A stretch of DNA of 56,652 bases, filler included, from Sphacelaria rigidula (taxonomy: Eukaryota), in assembly GCA_964200075.2 (NCBI GenBank). It is 5 parts of 5 records of this genome, joined end to end, with 100 filler letters (N's around TTAATTAATTAA, not from the genome) between each part and the next. Parts side by side here need not be neighbours in the genome. Positions count along the whole stretch, not along the records: positions 1 to 11,252 come from CAXNAA020005165.1; positions 11,353 to 22,603 come from CAXNAA020005166.1; 3 more parts are not named here. One strand, 5' to 3'. Position numbers and translations under genes: made by a program. Shown here piece by piece: positions 1-12,025 of this stretch; the first letter of the stretch is position 1; the number at the start of each line of letters is the position of its first letter. Under the pieces are notes generated by a model. That model made no database searches and had not been told where the DNA came from. It saw only the letters and a program-made list of their open reading frames with translations.

Positions 1-89
1 CCGGCGTGCCCCGTTCCGTTTTGCTAGGAAAGTGAGGCCAATGGTCTTATGACTATCGCACGCATGATCACGAGTACCCCCCCCCCCCC
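1..89 (+). mobile_element. 3' tail of ~500-bp non-autonomous LINE-derived (SINE-like) element ending GAGTAC-poly(C)
   Basis: ccggcgtgc...gaggccaatggtcttatgactatcgcacgcatgatcacgagtac(C)n aligns by eye with 38470-38570 (+) and the reverse complement of 9015-9110. Confidence 0.8.
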
Positions 90-171
90 TATCAGAGTAA
101 GGAGAGAAGCCCACGCGAGATGGATGTCGAGCAAAAATACGGTAGGACTGGAGGAGTATACTACAGCTCGA

Positions 172-1795
172 ACGGACAACGTACTGTTTCATTCTAGACG
201 TGCAAAAGGCTCATGACACAGTATGGAGAAATGGGCTGTGGAAAGAGTTGTGGGGAACTGGGTTAAGAGGAAAGATGTGGAGAATGGTGGAGATGACAGA
301 ATGTGCCAAAAGTGCCATGATGTTAGACGGGGAAATATCGAAATATTTCGATATCTTACAAGGAGTTGCACAAGGATATACGCTATCACCCACTGTATTC
401 AAGGTATTGATCAATGAATTGATAATAGCAATAGAAGCAGCAAACCAAGGAGTCAAGGTGGGTGAAGATGTGATATCAGGTTTGATGTTCGCAGATAATT
501 TCGTGGGGATTTCAGGAACAGCAAAAGGATTGCAACAATAGATAGACAAGGCGCTAGAATACACTAGAAAATGGAGAGTGACAGCGAATGTCAACAAACG
601 CGCGGTACTCGTCTGTAACGAACATAAGAAAAATCCGGTAGAGTTCCAGTGAAAGTGGGGAGAAGAGGAACTGCCGATTGTAGATCAGTATACAAACCTT
701 GGCGTAGAGATCTCAAGACACTGTTTTTGGGATGCACACATAAACAAAGTAATAGAAAAGGGGAAGACACAGATGGACAAAATGGACGTGATCCTCAGAG
801 ACCCGCACCTAGACACTAGGATAAAGAGACGTATCCTGATGAACGTGATCGTACCAAAGCTGGAATACGCAGGAGAAGTATGGGAGAGGGACGTGAAGTT
901 GGTGGAGAGGTTGGAAACAGTACAGATGGCAGCAGCTAAGAAGATACTTGGATGCTCGAAAACGACGAGTAGTACAGCACTGAGAGCGGAGTTGGTAATG
1001 TACTCACTTGAAGCAAACATATATATATGAGGAATTTGAGATGGCAGTATAGCGTCTAAAACATGCAGAGAAAGAGATTGTCAACTACAGTTGATCAGGC
1101 TGTGTGGAAGAAAAGTGCGAAAGGGCGTGCTATAAGGTGGAATAGAGAATTCGAGAAAGTATGGAAGGAGACAGGAGGAAACCAAGACGAAATACTGACC
1201 ATAGATGAAGCGCGGGGTACAAGACAAGAGTAAGGGACATGATATAAAGAAGGGGAAAATGAGCGTTCAAACGCAAGGTAAACGAGGAAGAACACATATC
1301 TGCATGGCCCCGTGGACGCGGCGAAAAAAATGAAACTGCGATTTCGAGTAGGGGACCTGGACCTGCCAGAAAGAAGAAAAAGATATACCATTAACCACAA
1401 CGACGAGGAAATAGATGGAAAGAACTGCCTCTGTGGCAAAGCAGTAGAGAGCAGAAGTCGTATAGTTGTAGAATGTCAACTATACAAGGAGAAACGGGAC
1501 GTGCTAGAGGGGGAAATGCGGGACGTGAACGAAGGTGGCTGGAATCGTTTGATGCAAAGACAGTAGCTAGAAAACGATGGTTATACTAGGAGATAGACGG
1601 TGGCCACAGACGGTGAAACAGGACAGGGATCAGGTATTTAAAAGCTTTTTGTGCAATGCATGGAAGAAACGTGATGAGCGCCGGAATGTTGAAGGTGTCT
1701 CTATGAGGAGTAGGAACGGTGCTCTGTCTCGAAATGGATGCGTCAACGGTCGAACCACTAAGGCAAGCAACATTTGAGTACCCCCCCCCCCCCCC
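172..1795 (+). mobile_element. 5'-truncated, decayed non-LTR retrotransposon (LINE): RT domain to 3' tail
   Basis: RT motifs YCFILDVQKAHDTVWRNGLW, GVAQGYTLSPTVF, GLMFADN (YADD-like), YTNLGV; thumb-region IVPKLEYAGEVW; C-terminal Zn-knuckle-like CLCGKAVESRSRIVVECQLY; several stops/frameshifts; ends GAGTA+C15 (1781-1795). Confidence 0.93.
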
Positions 1796-2138
1796 TCCTA
1801 TCGAGCAATACGCTCAGGTACTACGTTTCTGGCGGCTACCTTTGGCACCATACTAGCACCTGCAGCACGATATCAGCGTACCTAGTATATCGCCGTATTC
1901 CCGAGTATAAACCCCGGGTGATAATGTTTCGGGTACAAAACACCGATCACTCGGAGGTTGCATACACGGTATTACGAAAAATTCACAACAAGCAGGAGCG
2001 ATGCATTCATATACGTATGTATGTATCCACAACCACATACGTGCATATTTCTCTGCACTTGAATGAACTGGCTGCTGCGCGGTCGGTTAAAGGTTCACAA
2101 CTCTCAAGAACGTAAAAACGTCCACAAGCATCACTGAC

Positions 2139-2294
2139 CTCGTCGCCGTCCACCTTTCCCCACGCTCGCGACGAAACGGAAAGCCCATCGGCATTGAAGT
2201 TCGAAGCGTCGCCGCTTCCGCCGCCGTCACCGTTGGTCTCCCTTGCGTGGTCTCCCGGCGCTTTCGATGAATTTCCTGTTGCACTCGTCATGGC
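2139..2294 (-). CDS. Exon 2 of the same gene; start of mature protein, possibly aldose 1-epimerase-like; gene continues off the scaffold start
   Basis: Acceptor CTCGCAG|GCC (phase 0, matches exon 1); AMTSATGNS...LSVSSRAWGKVDGDE; donor GAG|GTCAGT at 2139; product guess rests only on resemblance to the 'FGkt.dG.eV' start of galactose mutarotases. Confidence 0.55.
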
Positions 2295-2430
2295 CTGCGA
2301 GATAGACCGCGCCGAGGGGTACACGGGGCGTATACATGGAGCGAACTGAGTAGTAAAAGAATGGGAAAAAGGCTTGTTTGACACCAACCCATCCGCCACC
2401 GATTACACCGAGGCTGCGGATGAAACGCAC

Positions 2431-2646
2431 CAGGGAAGATGACCTCAACGTACGCTCAGGATGCGGACCGCACGAAGCTCTGGAGGATGACCGTGGATGG
2501 ATTCGATCACAGGTACGAGTAGTGAGCTGCACCGCCACGCCTCGAGAAGATGGCAACAAGAATGCCCTAGTCGACAATATTATCGACTGCGCCACCAAGC
2601 AGTAGTACAAGGTAGCAAGTGGTTGCCTGTTTGAGATCATGTGCAT
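2431..2646 (-). CDS. Exon 1 of a gene for a probable plastid-targeted protein (bipartite presequence); start at 2646 or 2640
   Basis: M(H)MISNRQPLATLYYCLVAQSIILSTRA-FLLPSSRG...RSSSL: hydrophobic stretch, A|F cleavage motif, then Ser/Arg-rich transit-like segment; phase-0 donor CTG|GTGCGT at 2431. Confidence 0.6.
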
Positions 2647-3964
2647 CCGCAAGCGTCGACAAAGCCTGTATTCTTGCATGGGAGCGATAGAGGGAGACGG
2701 GGGCGGAGAGTACGGGCGGTTTTTTGTTTTACAAAATGGGCTGCTGTACACGGCGATTTGGAGCTTGCATCAAGAAAGTAGGTAGAGCATCATACAGAAT
2801 AGCTTTTATCATGTGCTCAACTATGAAAAACCGCGTTTCAGCAAATCCCCTCCGGATACGAAGCTGAGGGGATTTTCACCGCAGGAGACATGCCTAAATC
2901 GACATCAAGTCAGAGACGTCCGCATTGTCACACATGTACGTACTGGAAAATGATTTCTGCGTCGTCTTGGGCAGTCCACTTTGTTTCATGGCTCCGACGT
3001 CATACATATGATTGGATTGTGAGAGATGATGCCCAACAGTGTCGCCGTGCTCCGGAGGTCTAACTGAAGCGAATAGGGTGGCGAAAAGAAAAACAGATTA
3101 CAGCATCAGGGTGCCTCCTGAGTCACCGCCACCAGGCCGCAGCAGACAAACGGGACGACGCAAACACCCATCGGGCTATTCAAATGAACAGTGTGCTCAA
3201 CGTGATGTGAGATAAGGGGCGAAACCAGCACGTACGAGCAATTACATGTGATAGTCACTACTTGTGGTATCAATGTCACCGCCGCACCGAGATGTTTTTT
3301 CCTGTGTTCCCATGGAAAGGGTTTCCACGGTGTGACGCGCTGTGTGAAAGGTTCGATGATTCTGCGCCAATTTTGGGATGCCACGACCGTACCGTACCGC
3401 GGTATCACAATATCTTACTTCCCGTTCACCACGAGAATCGCCCCGCAAATTCAGAGGATCGTGTCGAACCGTGTCGGAGGTCATCGGCAGCTCGTCGTAC
3501 CGTACCGTGAGTCAAACATACCGCATCCCGCAAAACCGTGCAGCACCCGGACCGTTATTGATAGACCATGAAAAGCGTCGTTGAAGTGTGTGGTTCGTGG
3601 CTCAACGGAGGCCTCGCGTTCCCGCGCGTTGTGGAAAGTGGGGTGTAAATTCCTGGAGTCTTCTCCACGACGTTCTGCCGTTCAGAATATGGTCTTCCTT
3701 CCCGCATGTGATAGCGGGTCCGAACAAGAACATACGTGTGGTCCTAGCTGCATAATAAACACAAAAATGATGTACGTGGATGCAGACCAGCGCGTCTTTT
3801 TGTTCTGTGGGTTTCGGTTCAGCCTTGTGACGGTATTGTCATGTAGGGCGTGGTATTCGGCGTGATCATAGGAAAAGATTCTCTGGCGTCGTGTTTGGTG
3901 TCGTCAGCTTTTGGTACCTTTCATGTTTTCTAAAAGAGAAATAGACGAAAAGGGTATACTCGAT

Positions 3965-4554
3965 GATATTAGGAGCAAAAAAGAGTAGCGCACGTTCGGT
4001 TCGGGCGCGGCTCTGCACGCCGCCTGAGCACCTGAGAAACACATTCCAGCGCCTCAATCGTGTGCCGAACGTGCTTGGGCACCATACCCAACCCTTCTCA
4101 TTTTTGTTTGCACATGGCAGCAGACTTAACTGGGGCGCGGAAAAGGAAAGCTCGTTACAGCACGCAATTCCGTTAACAAACCAGCACTGTACGCCCGACT
4201 CTCAGCTAAAAAATCACATCATACCCATTTGTTTTTCATGGGCGGATCCTTCTATGCTCACGCCCATACCCTTTGTTGTTCAATGGTGAACCTATCGCGG
4301 GCTCCACGAAGGATACGTCGATCAGCCACAAATATAACCTTTTCTTGTAATATTTAAACTTCGTCAAAAAGGTCGAAAAGCCCAACGGCCAAGAAAATGT
4401 GGCCCGCTGCTGGTTGCCCCGTAGACCCCCAAAGATCCGACTATGCGTGCAGGGCGCGAACGCTTGCATGTGGGATATCATGAAGATCCATACTGTTGTG
4501 AAGTGTCTTGCCGGCACACACACGCCCGAACGTTATCATGTCGCGTCACCGTAG
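3965..4554. repeat. Copy A of a ~590-bp dispersed repeat, inverted relative to 6463-7020 (strand labels arbitrary)
   Basis: Ends ...cgttatcatgtcgcgtcaccgtag; internal blocks such as tatgctcacg...gttcaatggtga match the reverse complement of 6720-6760. Confidence 0.8.
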
Positions 4555-5639
4555 GATGACTAGTTCCTGTTCCGGTGGAGAAGATAGGTACAAGTACATA
4601 AGTTACATGTCTTGATTTTAAGGCTTTCAGACATTCGTACCTGTGTGTGGGGACTGGCGTGGTGGGCAAAAAGACGACAGCGGGGTTACAACAGCCATCT
4701 TGAGCATCCGTTCCATGAAGACACCAGTGCACGATCTATGCAGACGGTAGAAGTCAGTAGTGTTCAGGTCTTCAGTATAACACACGCTACAATCAACACA
4801 GTATATCACAGTACCGCACAGTAATGCTTGTACCATAGCTCTCTCTGTACCACACCGCTCATTACTTCTGTATACATTGCGAACAATGCTGTGCGGTACT
4901 GTGTATGGAGTATATACTCGCCAAAAACCAATCAACTTATGAACACAAAAACAGCCGGTTCGGCTGCCTGCCAAGCGCGTGCGATAGGTGCTACAGTTCT
5001 CCTGCTGCTGCTGCTGCTACTGCTACTGCTTTTGGCGATAGCTGGTGGTTGTTAGTATGTGAAAATGTGAGTGAGCTGTGATACTGTGCGTATGCATGTC
5101 GTACCGTGTCGTGTGTGCTACGCACGCTGTGGGTCGGATCTCTTGTACGCGTGTGGATTCAATAAAGGGAGCTGATTGGACCAGCGGGTCTGCCGAAACG
5201 TGCTGCGGAACTGATTTATACCGTGTACAATACAGTGAGTGCCGATATGATACCGATACTATATATTGGAGACAGCGCAAATATTGTCATTTTAATGTGC
5301 ATTGTGTTCAGATATCCTCGGAGACATTAAAGCAAAAATGCATCCTTCCCGTGCCATGATCGTGAAGTAATGCGTGGCAAATATTTGTGACATGTATTTG
5401 CTCCGGGAACAAAACACCAACAAATATATATATAATATATTGTGCATGCGCGCCGTGTATGTATTCAAGTATCAATATATATATATTAAATCGAAGTGAT
5501 GCGCAACACATTGTGTTTGCCTTCCACCAAAACAAAAATACTGAAGAAAAATAACCCATTCTTACCCTCTCGAACCCCACAACTGTCGCCGTAGTAGTAG
5601 TTTTGCCCACATGTATTGCACACGCTCATCGCATAGCTA

Positions 5640-6370
5640 TTGCGCAGCCAATATACATTGGATACGCTCACGGAGGAATATACTGGGCGTTTCTGGCATC
5701 TGGGGATATATCTTTCAATGATGCCTGCGAACATAAAACTGCCCACCATACTTATTCCAAAACACTTTCCAATATACATATATCGCTCAACCAATGCGTA
5801 TTGTGACGGTCGGTTCCCTCGTGTATTGTTCGCCCGAAACATATCGAGAGCATTGAGGCACATGTTGGGGCGGCAATCTATACATCTATTGCCGCTTCGG
5901 TTGTTGAATCTATTGAATCGTCAATATATTTGACCTCGTGCGGCAGCCAGTATATTACTCGATAATACATATTAGCGCCTTACCGAACCAACATATAACT
6001 CGGCCAATACACGCTGAGGTGACGCATGTCGTGATATATAGTCAAGTCGATATATATTGCATGCCGCGAGCCTTGACATTGATTGATTTGATTGATTATC
6101 TCACATTAGCTGATTGCAACAATCCAGCCCGTGGTCAGGAGCAGCAAAAATAGAACAGAATAATAATAAAAAGAAAAAAAAAAAGGAACAGAAAAAGACA
6201 GAAGCAACAGCCTCAGAAAGGAAAGAAAGGGGGCAGCGATAACAACAAAACCATATTGATGACACAATATTTATTGGCTTGTCTCTCGTGCCATCATATT
6301 GTTCTCCCGATATATATCGACCACCCGACGCGTCGACATATTGAGCGGGCAACATATATTACATATTGTA
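5640..6370. repeat. Array of degenerate palindromic CAATATATATTG-like motifs (decayed MITE/subterminal repeats?)
   Basis: caatatacattg (5649), caatatacatatatcg (5770), tcaatatatatttga (5921), cgatatatattg (6048), caatatttattgg (6265), gatatatatcg (6309) and others. Confidence 0.5.
6077..6140 (-). mobile_element. 3' tail of (AATC)n-tailed LINE/SINE
   Basis: (attg)n + atctcacattagctgattgcaacaatccagcccgtggtc; closely similar at 20930-21000 and related at 21931-21976. Confidence 0.75.
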
Positions 6371-6462
6371 CTGTCCAGGGTGTAAACTAGACATATCTTA
6401 CGGGCAGGCTATTTTATGCTGCCCGTGGTGATAAAAATACGCCGGTCGTACGCTCTGATCTT

Positions 6463-7020
6463 CTACATGGTGACGCGACATGATAACGCTCGGGGGGGGA
6501 TGTGCCGGCAAAACGTTTCACACCTGTACGGATCCTTGTGATCTCCCGCATTCAAGCGTTCGTGCCCTGCCCGCATCGTCGGATCTTTTCGGTCTGCGGT
6601 GCAACCAGCAGCGGGGCATGTTTTGGCTGTGGAGCTTTGCGGCCTCATTAGGAAAGTGCAATTTGACGAGGTAGGGTTATCTTCGGCTGTTCGGCGTATT
6701 CTTCGCGGAGTTCGCGGTTTGGTCACCATTGAACAAAAAATGTATAGACGTGAGCATACAAGGGGACGCACATGAACAAAAATTGGTACGATGATCTCAT
6801 TTTTTATGCGAGGGTCGAATATACTATGCTCTGCTGGTTTGTTGGCAAAATCGGGTGCTCTAGCTTGTTTCCGTTTGTAAACAAAAAAAACAAAGGTTGA
6901 GCATGGGGCTCAAGCACGTTGGACGTGGATTTGAGGTTGACCGTGTTTTCCAGGTGCCCAGCGCGCGTGCAGCACCGCGCCGCAAACGGAAAAGTTCGCT
7001 TCCCTTTTTTCCTCATAATT
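6463..7020. repeat. Copy B of the ~590-bp dispersed repeat, inverted relative to 3965-4554
   Basis: Begins ctacatggtgacgcgacatgataacg, the reverse complement of copy A's end. Confidence 0.8.
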
Positions 7021-9014
7021 TCTCTTTCCTAATTTTTCTCCGTCGTTTCAAATTACAGTTGAGAGTTACGGCAATTGTGCATATGCGTATCATTGCATAT
7101 TTTTTATATAACGTGAATAACATATCCATTGTTCACACCTCTACTCTTGCGTGAAATGTTTCTCTTTTCTCCCGCTCTCTCATTTTTCGCATCTCTCACG
7201 TATGTCCATATACTGTTACCCTACATTTGGTTACCTCGGACTGGCGGTTGTATTTGTTTACGGACAATTCTTCTTGTAAGGCAATTCAAAACGAAACCTC
7301 GAGTTGTTGACGGAAAGTATGAAACACGAAACAGTTGACCGATCAACTTCGATGAATACGTTACATGGCAAAGTGATTTTACTTGAAAGTATGCTCAGTT
7401 TCGCGCAGTTTACGAAACACATAACGCTTTTCGTCACTTTATTTCCGTCCGAGTATCTTTCTGCGTCTATACCGTGACTATCAGGGTCGCAATTACTTCC
7501 TTGATTAATGACTCGTACATTAACACACACAGTACACTTTAGTGAACTCGAAGAGAGAGCCGAGAGCTACGGGTTTCGACGGTCGCGTGCAGAGGCTCCT
7601 GGTTCTCGCGCAACAATCTGATTTTGATGCGTAGATAACGCAGTCGGCCGGTCCCGCATCGTGCCGTACCGCACATTCGGAAGATCACAAACCCTGCAAC
7701 CAAGCCATACACGAACGTAATTGATGAGAACCCGTGCCGTCCCGCACCTTCACAAGTACCGCGCGACGTGTCCCGTACACCGCACCGTACGACCATTTCT
7801 CCGAACGTCGTTCACGCGGGAAACTCTGCGTTTTCTTGTTATATCCTCCTGAGCAAACAGCTCTCTGAAAATATATGAACAAGGAGTTCGGCACTGTCGC
7901 AGGCCTTGCCTTCGAAGATACTCCCGAAAAATAAACCACACCGCCAAGACTTACTGCCTGTATTGTACGCATTACGTGTGGCTTTCGACGCAGAAGATGG
8001 GGGAGTAGCAGTGAGTGACTGCCGCCGTGAAGATTGTCGATCCAACATTCCTACTGTGCGGCCACTATGCATAGACCTCAAAAATGGGTGTGCCAAAACA
8101 CAAATGCAACCGCAGCAAGAAGGATAGCCCTCGGCGAATTGTCTTTCAAAATCGCTCGTTGGTCATGTACTATTGTGCTGCTACTTTTGCTTGCTGCCGT
8201 GGAGGTTTCGAAAAATAACGAACAAGCATGTATCGCAGGCACATCCGCACGAGCTATCCGATACAGCGCGACGTGAGGTTTGCGAGTTGGCTTACGCTGG
8301 TATTTAGCCTGAAATCTTGTCCAAAACGATGACCGAAGCAGGGCAAAATGTCCTGGCTTTTGTGCCCGCGGATGAGATGAAGCGGTTCTTCGAACCCTCT
8401 CGTGCCTACGAGTCTCAGATTTCGATCATTTAGTCTAGCCCTTTAGCAACCGCAGCAAACCAGCGACCGAAATCGGTTCGCGAGTAATGATGAGCAGGTA
8501 CAGTCAGCGTCATGGTCGACACGACATGCAGTGTGTACGTATGCGCTGGTAGTCAACGTTTATAGGACGGTCCATAGAGAATATTTACGAGGTGTGTTTT
8601 ATTGTAATACAACAATACACTACAGTCAGCACAATGAGGACAAGACAGGACAGGACAGGACAGTGCAACACCTCGATCCCCCACCCCGACAACCAGACCT
8701 AGCGCGTGGTATGATGCGATTAACTGCGCCGTGGGTTGGGGACACTTATCCCACAGCAGGCATTTTTTCCATGACCACAGTACACCGATCGCTGCTGTCG
8801 TGGGCTGCTCATGCAGGCCGGGATGGCCTGAGTAGACAGCGAAAGTGCATTTCTCATCGATGGACATGTATGCGTGATCCGCCGCTTGTTTGGCGCACGC
8901 ACAATACTGCAACAACGCTTGCTCCAAGGCTAGCGACTGGCCACCATTAAAAACAAGATCGACAGTAATCACGCCACCTGCTGAGCACGCTGCCACTGCC
9001 GGCTGCTCGGGACT

Positions 9015-9483
9015 GGGGGTGTACTCACGATCTTGCATGCCGTCGACATATGATCATTGGCCTTGCATCCCTACAAAATGGGGGCGAAGCACGCCGGGTT
9101 TTCGCCGAACCAGATTCGCGATCACCAAGCGCGAAACGCCGTGATGGGATTTTTCGGCCTGAAGCGTACTGCCTATAGTGCATGTGGATGGCAGCCTACA
9201 ATGAGTTGTTCTATTTCTGCTACGGCCACTTCTAGAGACAGCCACGGCTTGCACACTGGGACATGGGTATCTCATCACATGAACACCACGGAGTACGATC
9301 ATCTGCTTTGCGTGCAGCTCGAGACATCCACCCCGCAAAATATGGTCTCGCTCGACTACCATCATGGTCACCACAAAATAACGCAAGCTAAAACAACCTC
9401 GGTAACCTGATTGCCCGGTTTCCGCAGTGAGTGGCGTGTTTTACATCATCGTTGCCACTCAGCACCAAGCCTCAAAAAGGGGT
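9015..9483 (-). mobile_element. Full-length ~470-bp non-autonomous LINE-derived element with C-runs at both ends
   Basis: Reverse complement starts ccccc-tttttgaggcttgg...gtggcaacgatgatgtaaaacacgccactcac and ends gcaagatcgtgagtacaccccc; homologous to 33412-33884 and 38054-38570. Confidence 0.85.
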
Positions 9484-10152
9484 TACAAGACGAAGACATC
9501 GCTGTATCAACGGGTTTTCGGGTGCTTGCCTGGCTTTTCCCCGGCAGGTGCGCCTGCTTTTCCGTTTGTTGTTTTTCATAGACCCCCACCCGATGCTCCG
9601 GCGAGGTCCAGCTCGAGCTCGGGGGTTTCTGTGCCCTTCACCGCGCTAAAATTAAGTCATTTACCTCAAAATTCGTTGGCTCGCAACCGCCGCCCACGTC
9701 ACCGTATGCGAGTGTCCGGGCATGCATTCTTGCATCCAAGTTTTGGACGCTTTCCTGGCGCACTCTTCATTCTTCGCCGGTCTTTTTTGTTGCTCCAGCT
9801 GCGTGGGCATGACATCTGTCGATGTGATTGGTTCGCACTCCGCGCAGTGAAAAGCAAAATAGGTTCCAAACAAGCGTACATTACTGCACGGCTATGTGCG
9901 CTGCGGTTGCTCAAGCGCTATTGTAAGATATATAGTCACAAGAGACTAGAGGAAAACCTGGACGGACTCCGCGGGCACACGGCAGTGGTGTTTGATTTAA
10001 TCGATACTAGTGCTCTCATGCTTGCCGCCAGCTCAAGAACCCTCAATTCCGGACGAGGCAAATATCCACGACCCCGACAAGCAATCTCCCGCGGTTCGTT
10101 CAGTGGTGTTGCCCCTGAGTTGATCTTAGGTTTGTGGAGTACGCATTTCTCA

Positions 10153-10226
10153 TTTGATTGATTTGATCGATTGATTGATTATCGCACTTTAACCGACCCC
10201 CCAGGGGTTCAGCCATGGTCTCGTGA
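10153..10226 (-). mobile_element. 3' tail of second (AATC)n-tailed LINE/SINE subfamily
   Basis: (attg)n + atcgcactttaaccgaccccccaggggttcagccatggtc; matches 31469-31520. Confidence 0.7.
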
Positions 10227-11252
10227 TTGACGTAGCCAAGAAAATCATACTCATAAGGAAACCGCCGGCAAAACACAGAAAGTGTGTTGGATTTTATTTT
10301 CGACAGCATGTGCGTCACCGTGAAGGCACCAAGGCAAAATGTTCACTTCGCATACCATTGAGGCCTGTCCAGAGGTACCTGCACCTTTGGCACTACCCAG
10401 GTCAACCCATAGCGTCCTCCAACGAAGAACTTTTTAGCGGCATAACCTTGAACGAATCTGTCTTGGCCGCTCGGACTGGCGTTGAACAGGTCGCAGAAGT
10501 GATGCCACCAGTAGTTGCATGTACATCGAAGCCACAACAAGCGTGAGTGAAGATGAAGGTACTATACTGCCGTGTACCCTCGAAAAGATACATGACCTGC
10601 TGGCTCTGCTTGCACGCCAGGGCTCAGCCTATCCAGCGAAGCTTTCCGTTCGTGGAAATACGCCGAGGTATATCATGAGTTGATTACCTTGTTTATGGAG
10701 GGACCCATAACTAATTCCCTCAAGTAAAATAATTGTTATTCCAGGTGGAAAGCAGGATATGCAATATGAATATGTCGGACAGCTCATGACATGAACAATA
10801 TTACTTCTTATTACTGTACTGGGCCGCCAATCGAAGAACCCTGTCTGCTCATATCGGTTGATGATTATGTCCTTAAACGGTGGCTCTGAGGTGACCACTG
10901 GTGTGTGTCTAGACCTACTCCGCTGCCTTGAATTCCTTGGGCCTTTTCCTTTTCCTAATTATTTTTTATCTTTGTTGTTTTCTTATTATTTATTTATTTT
11001 TGCTCCTCTCTTTCCTCTTCTTTTCTTTTTTTGTTTAGGGCGTGTCTTAGCACTTTTTTTTTCGATCGAAAAAACGAGCGGTGGAATTGAGTCTAGTGAA
11101 AACTTCTCGTTTTGATGCAGTTGGGTCCGGATGAATTTTCAAGGTTTCGATCCAAAAAAGACGGTGAAATTGGTGAAACGGTACATGGTCTGTACTGTTT
11201 GCACTGCCTGCAAGTAGGGTGTTGTGAGTGCGTGTGTGCGTGCTTCGTGCAG

Positions 11253-11352
11253 NNNNNNNNNNNNNNNNNNNNNNNNNNNNNNNNNNNNNNNNNNNNTTAA
11301 TTAATTAANNNNNNNNNNNNNNNNNNNNNNNNNNNNNNNNNNNNNNNNNNNN
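11253..11352. other. Artificial scaffold-joining linker (N44-TTAATTAATTAA-N44)
   Basis: Exactly 100 bp with a six-frame-stop core; repeated identically at three other sites. Confidence 0.98.
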
Positions 11353-11394
11353 CCCACACTTTTGCTCTTCTCGGGCCTACCCTTCGGAATATGA

Positions 11395-12025
11395 TTCCTG
11401 TTGGGCGGGCTCCCCACCAGAATGGAAATACCTTGCCCACCAGTTCCTAATAAATAATGACTGCCTCAACACCGCCCGGTGTTGTCGCTTTGCAACTGCC
11501 CGTAACAGCCAAACACATACTAAAAAATACTCTTCAGTACAGTGAGCGTCTAGCCGCAAACAGTGCTTTCCCCACACTTTCAGCGACGGCGGCCGATGCG
11601 TTTTTGCTCAGCCTAATGCCCCTCGGCCGCGCACAGAGTATCTCACCGCTTTGTACCGAACCCGTCAGCTTAAAGCGCTGAGCACAACCGCACTCCCCCC
11701 CCGAACCGATATGAGGGTTATATGAGGATTTTGCTCAGTGCTGTACTGTTACGGCTTCGGTGAAAGGCGTGGAATGAAGCATCCAGGCCATCATCGGGGT
11801 GCACTTCGCCGAAAACAAATCGCCGAGTACAGTCGCTGAAAGTGTGGCGGAAATACTCTTGGCGGGTAGAAGCTCATTCTTGCGGACAATATCTCATTAT
11901 GGAACTGGCCGCAACTGGTAGTCACCAACCGTCAACACCACGCCGTGTTACGGCAATCGTTTTGTATTGGACATCGCTCCAAAAGTTATGTCAATTCTTC
12001 GATGGGAGTCCGCCAAATAGGACTC
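11395..12025. repeat. Diverged ~630-bp foldback (inverted repeat), centre ~11708
   Basis: ccacactttcagcgac (11572-11587) is the perfect reverse complement of 11832-11847; also 11397-11415 vs 12003-12022 and 11675-11689 vs 11727-11741. Confidence 0.75.

Noticed and set aside
88-1812. Possible TSD for the LINE (cctatcagagtaa / cctatcgagcaa; tcgagcaaaaatacg / tcgagcaatacg)
   Set aside because: Imperfect, and the left copies lie 30-80 bp away from the start of RT homology (~172)
9427-10161. 244-aa ORF
   Set aside because: Starts antisense inside a repeat, ends in a retro-tail, and has no recognisable domain or splice support
11297-11308. TTAATTAATTAA palindrome repeated four times, as a biological site
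   Set aside because: Always centred in a 100-bp N spacer; it is a six-frame-stop assembly linker
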